Below are positions 10,902 to 25,370 of a stretch of 64,000 bases of DNA, one piece after another. The stretch's first letter is position 1. Every line of letters starts with the position of its first letter. The notes beneath the pieces were generated by a model. The model searched no databases, was not told the DNA's origin, and saw only the letters and a program-made list of their open reading frames with translations. Both the position numbers and the translations under genes were made by a program. This DNA comes from Marsupella aquatica (lineage: Eukaryota > Plantae > Marchantiophyta). The stretch covers positions 11,342,671 to 11,406,670 of the forward strand of contig OZ316891.1 of the NCBI GenBank assembly GCA_973895155.1, in the 5' to 3' direction.

Positions 10902-13900
10902 ATGGAAGCACAGCAGGCAAAGGGGGAACCTGGTGAGGATCCCATTGCAGATTTGTTTGCAGACGAAGATCTGCACATACCTGGCATTAGAGCCCTAACT
11001 GGAGATTCGGGGAGGAAAAAGGAAGAGCCTCCCCAAAAACCCTCAGCCTTTTGCCTGGGGAATGAGATGCTTGAAGCGGATCTGAGATCACTATCTCACC
11101 CTCCCCCCGAGTTGGAAAGAAGATCACCACGGACTCCAAGGTTCCTAGCTTTACGTCCTTTCTCGTAGTTCTTGTGTTGCTGCTGCTACTCTTACTCCAT
11201 TGCTAATTGCGAGATAATTCCTTTCTACCACCTTCGCCTCCAGCAGGCTTCTCAGATTCTATTCCAGAAGTTTATTCATTCACAGAACTGCCACGTCTAT
11301 CACAAACAAGAAAAAACTGAAATAGAATGCAATTTATTTCCATAACGAGCTCCCTTGAAAATACCCAATCCTGAATTAAAAATGTCTGTATGGTCGTCTC
11401 ATTGGACCAGTTGCTCCATTATTCTAGCAAGCACCTCTCTTTTGATGAACAAGGAGCTCTACATTTTAACATCAAGTCTTGACCAGTTATCCTTTCTACT
11501 ACTTTTATACAACATTATTTGACGTTACGCCATTTTTCATGGAAGCACATGATGTATGCAATCAACAAACCCAGTCGTTCATGCTGTGTTTCCAGAGAGG
11601 AGTTCCTTCTCGACCGCCAGAAACGGGTGACACTTGTGCAACAGGTCGGGTCTCTCGCAGATGTGATGAATCCCTCCTATGTTCCTGCCGGAAGTCCACC
11701 ACCAACCAGCAAGAGTAGATCGAAGAAGTTGGAAAATCGGGCTCCAGATAAGGCATGCTTTTAAGTGAGTCTACAGTAGTTAGAACTTCAAGTGCCTACA
11801 AATGCATGTATAATCCAGATCCAAAAAAGAGACAGCAAGATAAGTGACTGAATTATTCTATTGAGCATCTGTTTAGCAGCAGTTTGAGAATTTCAACGAG
11901 ACGGGGTGTCTGGAAGAGAACCTTCCAGATTTGGACCAGTTAGAGGTCCACAACCCGGGAATGGCGGAGGAACCCCAGGAGGAGGGAGGGATGGAGTTCC
12001 TTCAATCGGTGGTGAATGTGGCTCTGGAGGAAGAAGTGGTGGAGTTCTACTCTCTGATGCTGGCAGAAAACTTATTGGGGGAGACAGAGACGGAGTTCCT
12101 TGAAATGGTGGTGGGGGATTTTCCACCACCTTCCTAGCTGATATCCTTAATCTGCAGAATCCTGCGTAGCCCTGAAAGAATCAATGCCCCTGCTACCTTT
12201 TCCTAAGCTCGATTGAAAATTATGAGAGAAGTTTTTAGAGTTTTACCATGGCATGTGTACGCCGATTTATACCCCTTACATGAGAGCAGCGAGTCGAATT
12301 ACCAAGACTAATCTATGCTCTTCTGCTGTGATGAAGGATGATCAATGGGGAGAGACTGACGTGTTGATGATGTTACCCGATAGCTCTGAAATTGAAACCA
12401 GAGACGTCACTGCAAATCACAGCTCCACTTTTCTTCAGAAGACACCAATCCTTTATAACAAAGTTGAGGCTATTCCTGAGTTCGGGGAATATCAACCCTC
12501 AATCCTCTCAGGATCAGGGCCAAAAAAGTCCCCAATTGCCGGAAGAAGAAGCAGTCCAGAAAAGGGCAACATACAGCGACAGCCAGCACCAGCAGCAGTA
12601 AAGACAACATATATCAAACTGAAAAGGGAAATTGACAATTTGGAGAAAACTTTAGGGCCTGACATTAAATACGAAAAACCACCATCCGCTGAGGAATTTT
12701 CCGGTCTGAGGGAAACGCAGTCAACAAATAAAACTAAGAATGATGAAAAGCCTCTCTTGTCACAACGGATGGAGTCAGCACCTGTTTTTGACAGATGTAC
12801 GTCTGATGGAGCTCAATCACCTACGGCCCACCTCCAAACATATGATCAAGACATATTGGGTAGGTGACACGTAACTAAAGTACGCGGACAATTAAATCAG
12901 TTTTTGGTGGGCCTGCTCATTGCAATTCAAAATAGAAATCATAATGGATACAGCTGATACTGTGTACAGATGACCATCAAGATCAGACGAATGGAGAGAC
13001 TTCTTCTCAGTTTGTTAATGCAAGGCAGTTCTCGACAATACCAAGGATTCTTCATCAGGTCTTGTTATGCACAATCCACCCAATATACATCTTTGTGTTT
13101 TCCTGAAAGGCACGTCTCAGATAGTTCTAGATTGATAAACAGCCTAGCTGATTATTTCGTATTTCAATTACCTTTCGAAAGGATACAACTGTGTAAGGTG
13201 TCTCTAGCAAAAGCGCTTTCACAACATAATCTCGTAGCAGCATTTGGGAGATGCAGGAAAAGATGCCATGCACTGAGTAGCAGTATTCAATTGCACATCC
13301 CTGGGTCCCCTGTCTAATATCCATCTCCAAATACAGTCGCGCCAATTCAATCAGTCCCTCTGAAATTCTCTGGATATGGCTGAAGGGTCCCGAGAGTCCG
13401 CCGCATGATCGAAGGCCAAGAAATCCACAAAAGGATGAAAATGAATTGATTAGAAGGGAGAAAGCTCTTTGTGACCACCTCTTGGAAGAGCGAAATCTGC
13501 TTCAAGCCAAGCTTGATGCTGAGAGACAAAGTTTCAGGAAGGAAAGGGAGACTCTTCAAGCGAAGCTTGCTGCGGAGAGGGATGAGTTTAGGAAAGAAAG
13601 GGAGACGTTGCTGGTGAGATTGGAGCTAGAGAAAGAAAAATTTCTTAAAGAGCACGAAGCATTGCAGTTGACAGCAAGAGGTTCCGAAGATAGCCTGCGA
13701 AGAGATTTTGAACGAGTGCTTTATGCTAAGGAGAAGATTGAGAAGGAGAGAGATGCCCTGCTACCCGAGGTGACGACCCTTCGAAAAGAAAATCTGATGA
13801 TGAAGGAGGAGGTTCTCAAGGTTGAGAACGAAAGGCTTGCTTTTGAAAAGCAGGTTGCTGAGACTGAGCAAAGCCTTGAGGACACACTGATGAAGAAACT

Positions 13901-16900
13901 TGAAGAAGAGCGTATAGAGGCTCAACGAATTGCATCTCAACTCTCGTCTGAGGTCCAGCTGCTTAAGAGCACGTCCATCATGACCGAGGAGAAAATGACC
14001 TCTACTCAAAAGCTGCATGAACAAGAGGTGTGCAAAAGTTTCAAATGATGTACGGTGTATCAAAAATAAACTTGGATGTCATGAAGATGTCAGTACAATT
14101 TAGACTCAGCTGGCCTTAGATCGTACTTCGTAACTCTGATAAATCTGAAAAGCAACCTGTTACTTAAGCGCCATGTAACGGTCTGGGCTAACCACTTTAC
14201 AGCACTCCATTAAAGTTTGTCTCACGTCCAGGAAGATCTAGGCAACCAAAGAGTTTAGAGTCAGTGTCGGTCTAACCGAAAATTGTACCGGAAAACTGGC
14301 AGCTCCAAATGTTGAAAACCGTTCACTCTCAAGAACTGCAAACCAAGGATAAGCAACTTGAAATAGAGGTAAGACTCCTATGGAGATGCAGTGCATACGA
14401 ACAATTTAGTAGATGAACTTGTGAAGCCCACCGACATGTTTTTCAAATTCCCCAAACAAAATCAAGGTTCAGGCAAAAAAACCAGTTTGAAACATTAGTA
14501 CCAGGTCCATTTCATTTAAAGATGCAAGGTCCCTAAAATTCTAGAGAAGGTGGGGAGGTTGGGCATGTTACACGTCTAGAGGAATAATCTATCTTTCAGA
14601 AAATGTAACTTCCCCTAGATGTTAGCTTGTAAAGGATGAAGCTCAATACATTTGCTGAGTTATGTGAGAACTCTTCAACAGAGGAAGTTCTTGTCTGATC
14701 ACAAGATCACAATGGACAAGCTTTCACAACTTTTCAAGAAAGGAGATGAATGGGCAGTCAGAGTTGATGTGCTGCAAGGGGCTCTTACAGTTGACAGAGA
14801 ACTTTGCAACAACGACAGGAAAAAATGGCTTGGAGTACTGGATCAGACTGTTACGCAAAGTCAGGCTGCAGTACAAAAATGGGAAAATCACTGTAATGGT
14901 GTACGAAAACAGGTTTGCTAGCTTGTTTCAAAGCTTCTGTTTCTTTTTAGATACGATTACTTAGCGCATTCACCCTCTGCACAACATTGTCAGCATTGAC
15001 TCAGGACAGTATTATCTTTCAAACGTAGCCTAGCTTCTGCAATGAAGTAATTTACTATTGCAGCACCTTTGGTAATGTAAGTAACAGCCTTGGGAGCTAG
15101 GAAAGGACCTTTAATAAGGTCTACTTCAGCTCTGGCTTCAAAGGTTTCTATCCGGTACCATTCATTACAGAAAATTTCCTTTGCGACTTCTATAGCATAG
15201 CAAGATGATCAGAGAGCATCAACGCAAGTGGAGCTCATGACTTCTTGTCTTCCTTGTACACAAAGCGAACCCCTATTCAACAACAACACAACCATCAATC
15301 CTTGAAACACGGGTCAGTCCGAAAGGTTAGGTTACTGCGTTACGTTATCTACGCTACAAGAGATTACAAGCTACACCCTTGCACAAACTACACTTGGCGC
15401 TACTTGAATTGGTTTCATTTATAGACCGTGATTTGATCCAATCCGAAAACCTTCAACTCCTCTTTAGGAAACAAAGTTGCACTTTGACAGGACTTGCAAC
15501 AGGATGTGTAATCTCATACTTGAAAAGTTTCCTGGCTAATTTTCCAAATATATGCAGTTGGACCAGCTTCTCGCAGTGCTGGAACTTGGTGTAAAGGAAG
15601 TTAGCACCTTGAGGTTGGATGAAAAGGATCGTCTTGACAAAGAACATGCTCATCTGAAATCCCTTCAGGTGATAGTTCCTCCCAAGACCATAAATAGAGC
15701 AAAACAATTGAGAATCTGCGGAAGCTTTACCATCTGATATTTGAGATGAAAGGCCATCAACTAAATAACAGGAACCTACTAGGATTATGATAAGGGCAAC
15801 AAATGTGCCTTCTTGTTTGCTTGGAAGTACACCAATAAAAACATGCGTCAATGACTTCCGATATCCTGAAGTGAATCATATTTATAGAAGTGGGCGATGA
15901 TGTTTTCATGGTTACCCTCAACAGAAGGCCATGCAAGGAGAGCGGGCCCAATCACTAGCAGATCTCGCTGCAGCACGTGAAAAATTGGAAGCAATGAACC
16001 TGAAATGTGTGTCCAAGAAGGAAGAATTTATACAAAGCTGCGCAGAGGTAGAACTCTTGTCTGTGGAGTCTCTAAAACAACTTATTTATTCCTTATATTC
16101 CTCTGCAGTTGTCAGAGTAAGAGAAAACTTTTGCTCACGAATAAAGAGTCTGTAGAACTGAGTATCCTCATAGACTTCTCTAAGATGGGGTGCTAAAAAC
16201 CCAAAAGACGATAATACCGGCTTCATCCTCGAATGCACCAAGTCCCAACGGTCTAGAATCCATTTCCTTTGCAAGGCTCCTTGGAATACCTTCGTGCTTC
16301 GATTCAAGAACATCATAAATAGAGAGAGATTGATGACCAACTGCTCTGTAAATGATTGCCTTACAGAATTGCTGGGAGTCCATTCCTCACCTTCTATATC
16401 TGATATTTACCACTTGTTTAGTAGGCCTGATCCAATACTTGAACCTTTCTCATAATTTCTGTGGGTCTCTCGCACTCGTTGATGAGTCCCTCTATCCTTC
16501 ATTTCTTCACTGGGTTTACCTTCCTTCTCTTATTCAGATAATTATGCTGTTTTCGCTCTTTTCCGTAGGAGAGAAAGGAAATAGCTGCTGAAAGAGAAAT
16601 GGTTGTTCAAATGCGCGAGCAACTAGTGCATGCAGAGGTAGCCTTTGAAAAGCAAGTTATGGAGCATGCAATTCACATGCAATCCGGTATATTTCTTTCA
16701 AACCTTGATCTGCTGCATGATTTTTCATCAATGTTTTAGCAAACGATCTTGCAATGAAGTAATTTCTGATTATGATTTCAATTAATCTGATTGAAAAAAA
16801 GAGTCAAAATATCACTTCTCTTGAAAGTTTCCTCCGGATTCTGCTCAGTAATCTAACATTACCCCGACCGTTCTGTCTTTAGAGATTGAGGAGTCAACGA

Positions 16901-18825
16901 AACAACGCAAAGAGCTTGAACGTGCCAAAGAGATGGCAACTGAGCTTGCCGAGGATGTCGAGGAAGGTCGAGTCGAACTTGAACGACAACGTCATGCTTT
17001 TGAACAAGAGATCGCAAGTGTGCAGGCCCTCAGTGCACAGGTCTTTCTCAACTTGATACCCAAAAAGCTTAAAAATCACATCAATGGCATGGCCTTGGAT
17101 CAGGAAACGTCCGACTAACGGCCTTCAGGAACGATGTTTAATCTAGATATCAACCCATTCTCTTGATCTAGGAATGCACCTGCACCTCAATGTATACTAC
17201 TTTTCAACTCGCTCCTAGCTTCAGTCTACTCAGAATCGAGCTACTGGTACTCCATGATGTCACTCTGCATAACCCGTAATCTCTCTGTTTCCTATCCATC
17301 GTCCAGTCGTGCTTCCCTTTCGGCACGCAGGTAATCTGACACTGCATCCCTTAACAGAATTCTATCAACGAGAAAACACATTTTGTTTGCCCACTGTGAT
17401 GACACCCGCGAATCTCGTCCAGCAAATTATCCGTCACTAAATGCAATTCGTCATTCACTTTGTCAACTCCATGTTAACTTTCTTCCTTGAATTCGAGTGC
17501 CGTCCTGGAACTTGTAAACATCTTGGCATCGTGGACAGCAATGATTCTCCATGTAAGATTTGTAACTATGTTAATAATTTTCTCATTTCCTGAAAGACTT
17601 CGGCTGAGTGTAGAGCATGAATATAAGCAGGCACAGCAAAAGGTCGAGACTGCCATGGAAATGAAAAAAGTAGCCGCACAACTGAAGTTGGAGGCTCAAA
17701 CACTGCAACAAGAAATTGCACTGCAAGCGAGTGAAGTTGAGAATCAAAGACGGCAGGTTTGTCTTGTATAGCCTTGTCACTGTACATTACTGTCGATTCT
17801 CATATTCACAGACTTCGACTTACTTTGATTCCCTTAAATGGTCCTAAGTTACTCCGTGACAGATGTATGAGAAGAATGAAAGGCTGTCTTATCCACCAGT
17901 GCTGCTGACTGACTGAAAGCCACAACCTCTTTTCTTGCCAGAACTAGGGAAACTGAAAGGCTGAGTCACGAGTATGCATGTGGTTTCCAAATACACTGAA
18001 GCAAAATCTGGTCTTAAACTCAGGCAGCAATGGCACAAAACGAGTTACTTGAACTAAAGCGGAGGCATGATGAGGAGCGAATGAGGTTAGCAATTGAAAG
18101 GCAGCAGCTGTACGACCAAAGGGATGGTTCTCGCACCTTGGGAGAGACCATAACATCACAGAGTTCTGTGCTTCCATTTTATGACAAGTCACAAGTGTTT
18201 GAATTCCCCCGTTGGAATTCTCTGGCAAAGGAGAGGCAATCGCAACAAGTTTCACTGATACCAACACACGCTTCGATGTTGTCCAATACTAAAAGCTCAG
18301 TTGGACAATCTTCGTGGATTGTGGAAAATATTGAGGTTATCCCTCCACTATTCAATCAAAGAATCAATGGAGTAACTACCAGAATTTCAACCACCACCGA
18401 GAGCCAACCGCAGTTTGTTTAAGAAATCACTTCAAAGTGCTCCATGAACATTTTATTTACGAATTCTTCAAATACACCCATATTTCTAATTAACGACACA
18501 TGCCACAGAACGACGTTCCAAGGGGCCAGGCTTGGTTACACATGATTTTCAAAATGATGGTCTCGGTGACTTCCTCCGGCCAGACCATCCTGAGCTTTAG
18601 GTTCGTGGGTCACCTTGCAAACACAACAAACGCCTAAAACAGTAAAACAATGACCGGAAGGACTCAAAAAGAAGAACAGCAGCTTATTGATTGCTTGTAT
18701 ACATTGGCCAATTGCAGGTTTCACTTTGTTTGCAGGCACAGGAAGACTTCCTCGCAGAGGCTAAGAGAGCACTGCAAAACACAACAAAGAGCAACAGTAA
18801 TCTACTGACCAAATCCACCGACTGA
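10902..18825 (+). CDS. Multi-exon long coiled-coil protein (possibly FBF1-like centriolar protein)
   Basis: AG/GT-bounded exons, mostly phase-compatible: 10902-11140, ~11596-11750, ~12330-12860, 12970-13058, ~13386-14027, 14682-14912, 15558-15668, 15925-16047, 16569-16686, 16883-17040, 17597-17756, 18024-18335, 18736-18825 (ends AQEDFLAEAKRALQ...STD*). E/K/R/Q/L heptad-rich. One small exon near 17100-17330 is unresolved; FBF1 identity is tentative. Confidence 0.7.
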
Positions 18826-19701
18826 AATATCTGTCATAGTTGGGGACGTTTTGCGTGATGCTAAGGTTGGCTGCATACGTCTGAACCCAAGAATTCAAAC
18901 CTTCTCAGTCATTCGCTGAGTATGGATGATATACAGAGGTACGGTTTATTGGAAAAGAAAGGCATTGACGCAACAACTTTAATACACGGAAATACATAGC
19001 AACATGATTACTGGAATTGAGAAAGAAAGCTTCCCATTGTACCATGCACGGCATTTTAAGACTACAGGAGAGTTGGCCGTATTTGGAATCTCCAAAAAAA
19101 ATTGTAGGAAAGGCAAGCTATGTGTTGGTGAAACGGTTTGTTTCTGGTCTAAGAAATGAAATGTTTTCCTGTGCCCACTTGATTGTAATATGGACAAGAA
19201 AAGCTGGCCTGCATTCACTAATGCAATTCATTCCAACTCTCATGCTCTTTTGTGTATTTTCTGTAAAAGAAAATATGACTGGCGATTCACCCTTCAACCG
19301 ACTACGAAGTTCGTTCGTTTGTCGCCCCAGTCACCACGGAAGGTAAACAAGCAGAGAGAGAGACACCTGGACAACAGAGAGCTCGCAATTTCTTGGCTGA
19401 ATCCAGCGATCAAAGGCCGAATAGGGTGTGAGTAGCGGGCACCGTCAATCAGAACAGGAACAAACCGTGTACGAACTGTAATCTTCTGGCCTTAATACCG
19501 GTGGGACTTGAGACGTCGAAAAACCAAGATCAGCATTACCGAAAGAAAACAGTAATCTTATCCCAGTGGATATCCGTCAAAGACATCACGTATGCACAGA
19601 CATAGAATGCGGCAGCTAGCGTAGCCAATACCATAGAAGACAGAAAGTTTCTCTCCTACTATCAAACAATGGAAAATCATAAAAGGAATTCACCAAAGCC
19701 T

Positions 19702-22700
19702 CTAGCGGAAGTGATTAGGGAGGACTTGTTTGCTAGGGGACAGTCTGCCGGTCCTGCACATCCCATGCACTTTCTCCACATTCACCGGTTGTCGTCTTTT
19801 ATTGCATAGCTTTCCAATTTTTTTCCCCTCATCCATATTATGACTGTTGACTCTCCTCCAGTAATCCCTCCTCTGCCCTTCTAGATCGTTCACAAGGTCA
19901 TACAGGGACATGTCAAACATCTCTGTAATCTCCTTGGCGGTATCATCCTCTTCCATTTCCAGTAAAGGCGTAGATCGCCGAGAATTTACAGATACTCCAG
20001 TGATTATTGGCATTCGGTGGCCTTCACCAGACAGATGAGGATGGTCATGGAGTGCGTCTTCGGCCCAGTCTCCAGAATTCTTCACATCACAAATCAGTAT
20101 TTCAGGTGTGCCGGTTTGGTATACTGACTTCTGCTTCCTCCCAGAATCATGGAGTTTAAGCGTATCATCCAAGTTTAGCCGTGGTAAAACAATCGGAGGA
20201 GGAACACTAGCTGATTGTCTATGTACTTCAGTCCCGAAATCTGCACACCTTTTCTCTACATTTTTCCCAGGACCTACAGATACTGAACATGCGTCACACA
20301 AATGTCTAAGTTCTTTTGACTCAACCGTCTCAATGGCAGCAGCTGGAGGCAGCGCAGTTCCAGGTTTAATACACTCTCCGCATTCACTGCATCGTACAGA
20401 TTTCTCTGGGCAAGCTTGGGGGGAATTAAATTCATTATGATCTCCATTAAAGAACTCTCTCTTTGGCTGCCCTCTCGCAGAAGAAACAATGTGGCCTCCT
20501 ATACCCTGTTTAGCTGCCATGGAATTTCGGAAGGGAGGGTTTGATAGGATACAATCTTCCGATGCCTCTTCGCTCAGGATGTTGCTCTGAGATGAAGGCC
20601 TTGACGAAGTAGTGTCAATATAGACAGAACACTTTATGAGCTCGGCAGCATATTCTGCATTTGACTGAATAAACCTATCTAATAAATCATCGACGTCGAA
20701 ACTTTTCCATGCTTCTGAGCTCTGCGTCCTTCCTCGCACATGGTGGTGCTGTCTAGCCCTTCGACGGCCATCGCAGGCCAGTGCCACCCCTCTCTTTAGA
20801 TCCAAATCTGCATCCCGTTCTCCATGCAGAGCAAAGCTTCCAGAGCTGGCCTTTGATGTCTCCTCGTCTGTCTCCTCGTTGCAAGAACTCTTGTGAGGTT
20901 TCCCAAACCTCCAAGTTTCAATCCAGCATTCTTTCGAATCTGCAACTGGACCCGTCACCTGCCCTTTCTGCTTACCATCCGATTGTCGCAACATATCCAG
21001 TATCGCACGATTGACATCGAAGACCTCTTGCGTTAGCTCTGAGCTGTGACCACTATGCAGTTTGACCGACTTCACCTCTCGTCTACTTCCACGTTTCTTC
21101 TTAACCTTCCTCGTGTGAATTCTGCACACTTTAATAGGAAAGCTAGGAACATTCCTTCTTGTCTGACTCGAATAATCTGTATTAGAAAGGGTAGACAAAT
21201 ACATATCCTCACTTGCAACACAGTAGACTAAACTTGCTGGGCTTGACCCTTCCTCGTCACCTGTAGTTCCAACGTGCCCTCTCCTCTGCTTCTGTTCGAC
21301 AGGCTTAAATAACCTGGATTTTGGCCGAGTGGTACATGTACCACACCTTGCCATGAGTCCGGACCTTGAAGGAGTGGATGGGTCTGAAACACTAAAATCT
21401 TCTCCACTTGCACGAACGCATGTTTCATTCACACTCCCACATTCTTTACTATTTGGCTTGCCTTTGGAGTAGCAATTCTCTCTTGTCAGTCTTCCTCTAC
21501 ACCTTTCATTCTCTTGATACCTATGTATTGATGAAGTGGATTCAACCATTGAGGAACATTTCGAGCATCTTTGCGGGTGCTTTGCCAATCGTTTGGATGA
21601 CTGCGATACCTTTCTGCACCGGAGGGGAACCATAGAACAGCAATTGATGCATTTCGATGTCCTTTGTGATGAAGGTCCGAACTTGTGGAAGTACGGTTTC
21701 TCACTTCTTAGGGAAAAATCTTCACTTTCTGATGTAGGTAGCTGCAGTTGTTCTTCACTGCCGGAAACTCCTCTTCCAACTTGAGTTTCCGTGATTGTAG
21801 CGCTCGTGGAATCAGAAAATAACCTTGTTTGTTTATCAGGTTGCCTGTCATTGCCATTGATGGCTCTCGGAGACACGACAGGAATCCTATGGAATGAATT
21901 TCTTCTCTCTATCGCTTCAGGTGTCCAATGGCTTTCAAGAGGATCCCTGTCCAGCCTTTGTCCTTCCATTGAGGACATACTAGAAGACATCCGTTCTGTT
22001 TTTCCTCCCACCTGAATTCCTTGCCTCTCTCCTGGAACATTGGGCTGAAGCGACCTTATTTGTTGGTTTTGCTTCACATTTTGTTCAACATCTGATACAT
22101 AGTAAAAACTTCCTTCCTCTCCAGCAGTCGGATCAAATTTCAACTTCTTTATCTTGGGTTGTATGCGATCCTCGTGGTTAGACGTTTCGTTGTGTTCCTT
22201 CTCAGATCCTTCTAGCTGTTCTGGACATAGTACGTTGGTGAGATTTGAAGACAGGCGCTGCAAAGAGTTTGGAAGACTTTGGTGACAAGCAGTGCACTTA
22301 CAATGTGGGCTGACCACACAATTTGAAGCTTCGGGTTGTCCACTTCTTTCGAAGTCCTTACAGCACAATACATCGTTCCCTCCAGCCTCGGATCTTATCA
22401 TATGACCATCTAAGTCCACGCGGGTCTTAGCTCGACATTGCTGCACGGCAGCAAGATGAGTCCTCATCGTTTGCGAACAAGGAACATGGAAGGTACAACC
22501 AACCTGGTCTCCACATAAGCCGGTGGACAAGTCGTGCAGATTTTGGCTACCAGGGGCAGCAACAACATTTGGTTCTTCGGCAGAATTCACGCCCAGTGAG
22601 AAGCCACTCCAAAGGGCTTGGGCTGCTTGTGGGGGAGCTTGGGGAACTGTTGACGTCGCCATTCCCTGCAAGATGGGGACAGATCCAATCAAAGAATCTC

Positions 22701-25370
22701 CTTCGGAAACGGATTTGACTGAAGATTCAGATTGATCTGCAGAAGGAGCACACTCAACATCCTTACACCGGTGCAATATATTGCTCAGTAGATCTGGAAG
22801 AGGCCGAGGAGGAGGCCTTTTCCGTAGTGCTCCAGCATCTTCCTCGCTTGCCATGTGAGGAGCACCTGTCAATTCTGAAAGGAGCTCCGGATCCTTGTTC
22901 TCTTTCCCTCTGGACTTGGAGATGTTCGCCTGAGAATTCGAAGTGTGAAATTCCCCCGCCTGTGCATTTCCAACAATTTGTTCTGTCCCCTGGGACTTCT
23001 CGAAGATGCCTTTGTCCTTCATTTCTGCTGTCGTTGTAAAATCGCTGCTGTGGTTCTCTCTTTCCCTGAAGATAGCCAGTGTTTCTTCAATACCTTCCGG
23101 TACAAACCCTCGAGTTTCTTCGCTCTCAGCTTCTTTAATTGGTGAGAGATTTGGACGTTTACCCGAATGAAGGTACACCTTTCATCACCACACGTCGTGA
23201 GTAACACAAGATTGACGCAAGCAGATGAGCCAATAAATTCCCTCTGCACTGTTAGCGGATTAAACACTAGTGTAACACACGTTTCCGCTCGAACACCTGC
23301 AAACTATCACTCCTCTAAAATTTCTACCTTTCAAAGATTTGGAAGCCGGTTTCAATTTGTAGGAAAACCTTCAAAGAATAAACTCATTCGTTTTCTTTCG
23401 CATCTGCTTAAGATCACGATAGACAGAAATGTATATTCTTCATAACTAGATCCTAAAGATTAGTCATAGTGGGTTGTAATCCAAATAAACCTTCGTATGG
23501 ACACCTCCGGAAGATCAGACCTATCTCTGGCCCGAATATTCCGCGGCATAGGAGTAGTCCACTTCCATTACTTGTAGATTAGTTAAATTGTCCTAACAGT
23601 GCAACAAGATGAAAGGTAACCAGATGCTGCCGTTTTCCAGGACTGGAGATATACCTTTTGGGATGGCAATGGAGACATTAACTGCAGAGAGGCAAGCTTC
23701 AGTCGAAGCTGTGCATAAAATTGTGATTAAGGATAACTGACGACATGTAGCAGCAAGTCACTCTCTCAGGACACGAACATAGCACAACAGAATGCAGTCT
23801 CGAAGATTTTGTTGACTGTTGAATGTAAACGTTTTTCATAAAGCAACAACGTCCTTCACCAATTCATAGCACGAAATTGAACCAAACTGGTAACAGGTCA
23901 AAATAGACAAAGTATCCAAGGATCGGCCATTTAACAAGGATATGAGACACCTCAGTAGCCACCTCGTGGTTCTGCTGCTGAAGCTTGGCTACAAGTGCCT
24001 CTTGAGTACTGCGTTCTAGCTCCAATAGCGCCTTCAAGCGTTGAATTTCTTTAAAGGCCACCATAACCTGATTAAGATCCACCCCGAAAAAGCATGCACA
24101 TAGGTCAAACTGTATGTACTATTGCGTGGCACATGGGAACAGCAATCCTGAGCTTTCCGCAAAGTCCTAACACTACCGCGGTCAAGGCCAACTATGATGC
24201 ACGTTTACTTAGGCCACCTTCTTCGATGAGAAACCCCCAATTTGGGGTCTCACCCCAAACAAGATTTGCTTGGCAATCAAGTCAAGATTACAGAGTATGA
24301 AACGACCGAAGAGTACATAATATGAAAGAATTGCTCGAACTGTAGCCCTACTTATTCATGGTCTACTAGCGTACCAAGAACCCAGTCATTGTTCTGAGCA
24401 AGAGCAACAACTATACTACGCTCCTCGACTGTCCCATCTCTTCAGAATATTTCCTTACTTACGATTTAATAAGCAATGGAGTTGGAAAGGAAAGAACGCA
24501 ACACTTAGGCAGAACTCCTCTGCCTCATTTCCCAATCCAGTTGTTCTGTTAAACATATTTCAGCTTCGTCTGGCACGGCTCCAATTGCGGGTAGAGCCTT
24601 CAGAAATTTGAAATAAGCTGAACAACCTTTTCAGCTGGTCGCTTCGAATTCAAATGACCCGTGACCTAGTTAGTTTCCCCTCAACCATATCTCGGTATCA
24701 GAGGCAGGTGGATTTTATTTGCATGCTATCGTCCTCAGTTAGAACTTGCAGACTTAATTTGCTGAGATGTATGCGTGGTTGCACATTTGCTTTGCGACGC
24801 CTAAGAAAGAAAAAAGAGTGGGGATGTTAAATTCGAATTCCAGCTAAGAGCGAGTGGAAGAGAAATAATTTTGCGGACAGAGATCGGGCTTGAGAAATTG
24901 ACCAGCTCAAAATTCTGTTTAGCTTATTCGAGCTCCAATGGTGGCAATTCTCCGAGTGTGCAGATCCTTGAGGAAGTTAAATAAGATGATCAAATCTTTG
25001 AGCTGGTCAATTCTCAACCCAAACTGCCCGGCTACCCAATCAACACTCCATCAACCTCAAGTCAACAGCAATAATTTGACGATACTCCGGTGCGAAAGGA
25101 AGCGAATAGTTAATTTGAATCCCGACTGACCAGCAATTAATGTAAGAACGATTTTTATGCATATTGAGTTCAATTACTGCTCACGTGGTTGATGAGTCGG
25201 GCCACCTTCGCCTTATCTATGTCACGCAGGTCTGCAAGTCCAACTCCCTCTTTCTTCTTGGTGGGATTGACAACCTTCCTCGTCACGGGGAGGGATTTGG
25301 GATTGGAAGCTAGGTCAAGAGGAGGAGCAGTACTGTCACGTCGCTTCTGGGGCACGACATTCCCAACCAT
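19702..25370 (-). CDS. KIAA1328/hinderin-domain protein with a very large low-complexity last exon (~1277 aa)
   Basis: Four phase-0 exons with canonical GT/AG: 25370-25185, 24067-23951, 23708-23655, 23178-19702. Spliced N-terminus GLADLRDIDKAKVARLINHVMVAFKEIQRLKALLELERSTQEALVAKLQQQNHEV matches the recalled KIAA1328 motif (L.DL..EDK.RIANLI.EL followed by coiled coil). Confidence 0.7.
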
